From positions 15,527,974 through 15,591,973 of the forward strand of contig OZ316899.1 of NCBI GenBank assembly GCA_973895155.1: DNA of 64,000 bases, written 5' to 3'. Numbering within the stretch: the first letter of the stretch is position 1; the number at the start of each line of letters is the position of its first letter. Below are positions 58,888-64,000 of the stretch, one piece after another. This DNA comes from Marsupella aquatica (lineage: Eukaryota > Plantae > Marchantiophyta). The position numbers and the translations under genes are program-made. The notes beneath the pieces are model-generated. The model did not search any database. It saw nothing but the letters and a program-made list of their open reading frames with translations, and was not told where the DNA came from.

Positions 58888-60122
58888 CGGCGGAGTAGGA
58901 ATAGATTAGGATTAGGATTGGCTTAGTCAGGCTCTTGGGACAGGCACCTGCCTTAGGTACGGCAGCGCTGCCCTGCTGTCCAGCCTGCGTAGATTAGGAT
59001 CTTCTAATAAGACACAGCCGTTTTCCGGCCTGACTGTCAGCTTAGTTAGGACCTTGGTCAGCGAATCTTCGGCGGGAGGACGCCCCGTTCCTCGGCTCTT
59101 AGTATTTAGTGCACCCCTCGGTAGAGGCAAGGGGGGGGGGTTTTTAGTTTCAGAGTCGGACATCCGCGGGACATGCGGGGAGTCCCGACCTCTGGGAATG
59201 ACAGAGTACCAAGGGGAGGGGGTAGGACTAAGCTCGTCGGGCGAGTGCGGAGCCGGGCTCCGTTGTAGTGTGCACCCTTGGCCTTGAACCTGTGCATTCC
59301 AGGGCTGTCGTGTCAACTAAGTGTACGCATATGTTCCCTTTGTAGTAAAATCCTTTCCCATCATTTTTCCTTCGTGTAAATCGAGATTGTATGCATGTGT
59401 GCGCATATGTGTGTGGGTTTCTCGTATATGGGTGGCAGCGCCGGGCCGAACGCACTACCCGAGACGTGCACAGGGTGCAGCCTGCGGGTAAGTGGTTGCG
59501 AGCACGGGTTGAGGACCTGTATCATCGAATCCGGATCGAAGGCGGACAGCACGAAGGCTTAGAAGCCCTTAAGCCGGGGTCAATCCTGCTATCGACTAAG
59601 GTACGTTCCGGCGGCGGAACACAAACCATACCTAGGAGGTGTCCGTATTTAGCAGTATGCGCACTTAGCGCTAGTTTACGAGAATAAGGTGCATTACGTG
59701 CTTCCCTTCCTGCCCGAACCCTCAGATTTACGAGGGATGTGCCCGTCTAAGCTGAAGTCTGAGTTAAGGCCGAAGCCTACGACGTGACACAGAGTAAAAG
59801 ACATTGTAAGAGGGGAGAATAGTGCAGAGAGCATTATCCAATCTGAAGGAGTCGGCTTTCAATTCTTGCAAGGCAAGAGCGTTCAGGGAAGGGCGAACAA
59901 AAGAAACCCATTTAATGACCACGTTCTTACGAACAGGGTTGCAGAGACCACAAACATTCCATGAGGCAAAATTAAAAAGTCCCATGTCCGTCACAGAAAG
60001 TTCACACCACCTAGCCCAAGAAAATTAATTCAAGGGAGGAGAGGGGGGCCCTCCGAGGCAGCCATGTCAATCGGAGGCAGGCAAATCTCCATTGCAGTTA
60101 AAATTTTCTCAAGGGTGGTGGA

Positions 60123-62210
60123 TCATTCCATGCTCAACAGCAAAGTGGCATCAGCAGCACCACCATGGTCTCTAGACAGCCTCCTTCCAAGTGGGGTCAC
60201 TCCTCCAGAGCGAGCTCCAGAGCCCTGCGATTTCAAATCAGCCACAAACTGTAAGAATCTTTGGTTCTTAGCCTTTTTCTTCCCCTTCTCCTTTTTCCTA
60301 TCCTCCGGAGGGGAGCGCTGAGCCAATTTCCTAGCCCTGTCCTTCTTAATAGTTGTGCGTGAGATGAAGCCTTCATACTCAGACACTTCCACGTCCGAGG
60401 GTAGATCCGACGCAGAGGCCTCATCTTCCATCTCGTCCTTTTCTTCAAAAGTTCCATCCAGCTCATGCGGTGGGTGGGAACTCAGGGCAGAGGCCGTAGC
60501 CAATTTGAGGTTTGCAGGTGTATCCTTCAGTGGAGATCAAGAATTCAAGGGGGCCACAGTGAATTGGTTTGTCACTTGCAAGTCTTAAATAATACGAGGG
60601 ATACTCTCTTGGTGGGGGGGCAGGAGTTCAGCAAAAGGTTGAACTTCCGGCACAGGCGAAGAGTCCCCAGGTTCACACTCCGAATTAGTGGAGGTGGAGT
60701 TGGGTACAGTCACAATCAAGCTCCCAAAGAGCCGCATGTCAGAATTTGTTATAGCAGCATAGGCGGGGTTGCATGTTGTAATCACAGGAGCAGAAGGTGG
60801 GACCTCAGGATTTGCAATAGGAGTTGGATCAGGAACACAAAGTTCACAGGGTTCAGTGTTTGCCATCTGCACCGGAATAGGCAGCCCCTCAGCGCCAATA
60901 ATTCCCGTAGCATCCAACTGAGTAGTTGTAGCATCATCCTGAGCCGAGCAATCTCTTGCTAAATGACCCTTTTTACCACAGCGGAAACAATGAAAAGGTA
61001 TGTTTTTGAAGATAACCGGTTGCTAGATCGAAAGGCCAGATTGTATCTGAACTTCAACGCTGCGAGGGACCTCTGGTTGAGTGTCCCACAAGACACACGC
61101 ACAATTGTGTGGGTAAGAGCGTAAGTCATTGCCTTGAATGTAATGTAATATGTCACCAAGGGAGGCAGCAAGCTTGCGACGGCACGACTCCAGAATCAAA
61201 GCTTGGAAAGGGATTTCAATCCAGACCGGGAGCATAGTGTAAGAGTCACTCCGGATGTCAAAGGAGGGGTCCCAGGGGAATGTAAAAACAAATTTGCGTT
61301 CAAAAAACCACGGCGCATTAGCAAGTGCAAAATCCCGGTGCTCAGGGTGTTTGAAAGTCACCATGTAGAAGCTCTTCCCCACAAATTTTACCTGGGTAAC
61401 CAGCCAGTCCATCTCTTGCACACAAGTTTTATTAACCCAAAATTTGAAGGTGGGTAGCATCGGGGCCCGATCAGTGAAATAGCACATCATTGTGCAATTG
61501 AACAATTCCGTGACAGATTCCACAGCCTCTTCAAGAGACCATTGTATAGTGGTGTGTAATTTAGAAGGCCAGTCTTGCACTGAAAGGTCCGCAATCCTCT
61601 TTAAGAGAGGAATGCAAGCTTCTGCTTCCTCAGCACGCAAAGCAGTAGTAGGGGTCTCACAAGCTAGAGGCAAAAAAGAAGTTAGGCGAGAGTGAGGTAA
61701 GTCCGCTCTAGGGCGCAACGTCACCCCCTCAGGATGGCCATCAAGACTCTTTGGTGCCTGCTCAGACCGCTCCCCAATGTCGTCATGAAAATTCTCCACA
61801 GCAGGAGGTTCAGTCCGGCCTTCCAATTGGTCCATCATAAAGTGGTCTCGAGATCTGTATGCATCCCATCGAACAAACCCATCCACCACAGCGCCAGAAG
61901 GTTTCATACCAAACCAATTTTGCATCGGGACATCCGACGAGCAGGAGGTGGAAGTATTGGAGGGATTCAAGTGGGGGAGAGGTGGATGGTCATAGCGAAC
62001 ATCCTGCCGAGAGAATCCCGGGTGAGCAGCATGAGGCCCATCTTTCATGAAGTTGTCATGTCTCTCGGTAAATCGTTGACCAGGATCCACCCAATGACCG
62101 GCCCTGCCTTCAGCATCCCTGTGCGTCGGGAGGCCCCCTAAGGGCGCATCCCGGCCGCCATGACCAGAGAGACCACTCCGGGAGGAAGACATCCATGAAG
62201 ACCCACCCAC
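60123..62210 (-). pseudogene. LINE ORF1 (DUF4283-like domain plus CCHC knuckle)
   Basis: FYMVTF...ALANAPWFF...FPWDPSF...PVWIEIP, and CFRCGKKGHLARDC near 60995-60955. Confidence 0.85.
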
Positions 62211-62872
62211 AGGAGCAGTGTTGCGCGTAGGGAGAGAGAGCCTTTACGGATTGACAAGTAGAGTCAATTGAAAGAGCAGTAGTCCTTACAGGATCGAGTG
62301 TAACTCAAAAGCACGTAGTCACTTAAATTGTCATAATCAAAGATTAGCAAGGTCAAGTGCTCACCCGCGTAAGAATGAAAACAACGTTCAACAGATGTTT
62401 CAGAGAAAATGATTCTCCACAAAAAAGCGCTATAACGGCCCCGGATTCCAAAGGGTGTGCATCCTATATCATCCCTCGCCCATAATCCTGGTACCAAAAC
62501 AGTATCTATAGATGAAGTTCCGATGCAAAAGCGTAAGCAATCGGTCCAGAGCCTAGAAGGGAAGAAGCCAGGACCTCGAAAACCATAGAGCTACTTGCAA
62601 AAGTTTGTTCCAGCTCTAAACCTAATCAGTGAACGCGTAATCAACATTAGTGAATCATTCATAGTAAAAAGGGGAATCTACCATGAGTAAAAACCAATCT
62701 CCAATTGGAGAGAAAGCAAAGGAAGACTATATCAAAATAGTAAGAGCAATCAATCCTTTCAAACATTTTAGAGTCACCCAGTAACAAGTTCTACAGCTCC
62801 GCCAGTTCCTATCAACTCAACAGTTTCCGATCTAGTGCCTTTCCTTTTATGGTTGATCCGGGGAGGACTTAG

Positions 62873-63037
62873 CATGGGGAGACTTGTGGGCAATGAGATG
62901 TGGCACTAGCAAAGACAAGGAGCCAAGCTGGTGACACACACTAAAGACTTAGGCAAGCTGAGAGCTGGTTGGGTCAAGAAAAAAGGGGCCGGACTCAAGG
63001 TCGATCATCCAGGCTCCCGAATGGTGTCGTGATAATT
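62873..63037 (+). mobile_element. Probable PPT and start of the chromovirus 3' LTR (TG at 62885)
   Basis: With the LINE removed, ATGGGGAGACT|TGTGGG follows the chromodomain 3' region. No second LTR is present in the window for confirmation. Confidence 0.45.
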
Positions 63038-63194
63038 CACTTATTCATCATGAAATCATTACCACTAAGTATATTATTAAGTATATAGGTTAGATTTATA
63101 TTTTGTTACAGGGTAACTAAATAGTTTGACTATTAAAAATAAAATTAAAAATTTTTATTAATTTTTTTTTTTAAATAGTTTCACTATTACTTTT

Positions 63195-63690
63195 GTGCAT
63201 GTAAGGTAAGCAACTATGCAAACCACAAGATGCGTGCACAAATTGTTTGGATGCATGTGCAAATTATTTTATTTGCATGCAATAGTCATTTTATGTGCAT
63301 GGAAGGTGATCAAATGTGCAAGCCACAAGGTGCATGCACAAATTGTTTTAGATGCATGCAAATTATTTTATTTGCATGCATTAGTTGTTTTATGTGCATG
63401 CAAGGTGAGAAAATGTGCAAGCCACAAGGTGCATGCACAAATTGTTTTAGATGCATGCAAATTGTTTTATTGCATGCATTAGTTGTTTTATGCGCATACA
63501 AGGTGAACAAATGTGCAAGCCACAAGGTGCATGAATGCACAAATTGTTTTAGATGCATGCAAATTGTTTTATTTACATGCATTAGTTGTTTTATGCGCAT
63601 GCAAGGTGAACAAATGTGCAAGCCACAAGGTGCATGCATGCACAAATTGTTTTAGGTGCATGTATTAGTTGTTGTACTTGCATGCATTAT
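63195..63690 (+). repeat. ~100-bp TGCA-rich tandem repeat, about 5 copies
   Basis: AGCCACAAGG recurs at ~63321, 63420, 63518 and 63621. Confidence 0.9.
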
Positions 63691-64000
63691 TTGTTTTAAT
63701 TACAATAGTACTAGCACACATTCCTACGTTGGATGTGTGCCACTTGGCTTTCATCCAAGCGTTTGGGCGTAATCCATGCCCTCTTGGATTCAATATAAAT
63801 AAAGTGGTGAGGGAAACTCTCTCCTCATTCCCACATTTTAATAATGTTCGCATCGAAGCGATCCTCTTTTCTTCTCTCATATTTTTCTTCTATTCTTTGC
63901 TTTATATACATAGTAGTGAGACATTCTTTGGCCTGGATAGCAAAGGAATGAGCGATAGACTTATAGATGGGACCTTAGGGAACAAGGTCTTTTTGGGAAC

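Larger units (their letters stand above)
55779..59789 (+). mobile_element. Family-2 putative solo LTR (4,011 bp) containing an intact ORF
   Basis: Ends TGTGACG...CGTGACA. 5-bp TSD CAGAG at 55774-55778 and 59790-59794. Excision restores LINE NVFYS|GPEEGRGG. Confidence 0.9.
52061..59988 (-). pseudogene. LINE ORF2 (APE endonuclease, RT, zf-RVT), frameshifted; segments 59988-59790 and 55773-52061
   Basis: ASWNVCGL...LQE, SLYAPN, SRLDR, LDHDPI, KAPGIDG, WRPLTML, QTGFIPGR, LFADDL, RYLGAP, EGGLGL, ESIPHIFFLC. Confidence 0.93.
51886..62855 (-). mobile_element. Full-length L1-clade LINE (~6.95 kb without the insert)
   Basis: 15-bp TSD ATC(T/C)GGGGAGGACTT at 51871-51885 and 62856-62870. T-rich tail at 51884-51902. 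Contains ORF1 and ORF2. Confidence 0.9.

Noticed and set aside
63216-63655. Cys/His-rich ORFs resembling metal-binding proteins
   Set aside because: They are translations of the TGCA-rich tandem repeat.

Overview
This window is eukaryotic and almost entirely made of nested transposable elements. It is probably plant heterochromatin from a non-seed land plant, inferred from the TE types, GT-AG introns and C>T decay. I found no ordinary host gene, rRNA, tRNA or CRISPR array. Junctions were resolved using TSDs and by checking that removing each insert restores the reading frame of its target. (1) A non-chromovirus Ty3/gypsy (family 1, + strand) has its pol split by a 10.7-kb P-element-like DNA transposon (278-11016; 15-bp TIR, 8-bp TSD, intact spliced ~1490-aa transposase, PHD-finger cargo) and by an inverted 3.9-kb solo LTR of its own family (11131-15062). 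(2) Its ~4.7-kb 3' LTR (17852-35580) is split by a 13-kb Sola-like DNA transposon (19567-32620). This element carries a ParB-like/N4-N6 DNA methyltransferase-like gene, an FCP1-type phosphatase and intronic palindrome arrays. (3) A chromovirus pol remnant hosts a family-2 LTR and three deleted family-3 gypsy copies, whose 4-bp target sites are all centred on CpG. One family-3 copy contains a 3.5-kb family-4 solo LTR. (4) A full-length L1-type LINE (51886-62855) is interrupted by a 4.0-kb family-2 solo LTR carrying an intact 880-aa ORF. The best candidates for novelty are (a) giant LTRs from two different families that encode a long protein inside the LTR itself, (b) the Sola-like element with chromatin/transcription-enzyme-like cargo and palindrome arrays, and (c) an apparently intact P-like transposon with histone-reader cargo. 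All family assignments come from motif recognition by eye and need HMM or structure confirmation.
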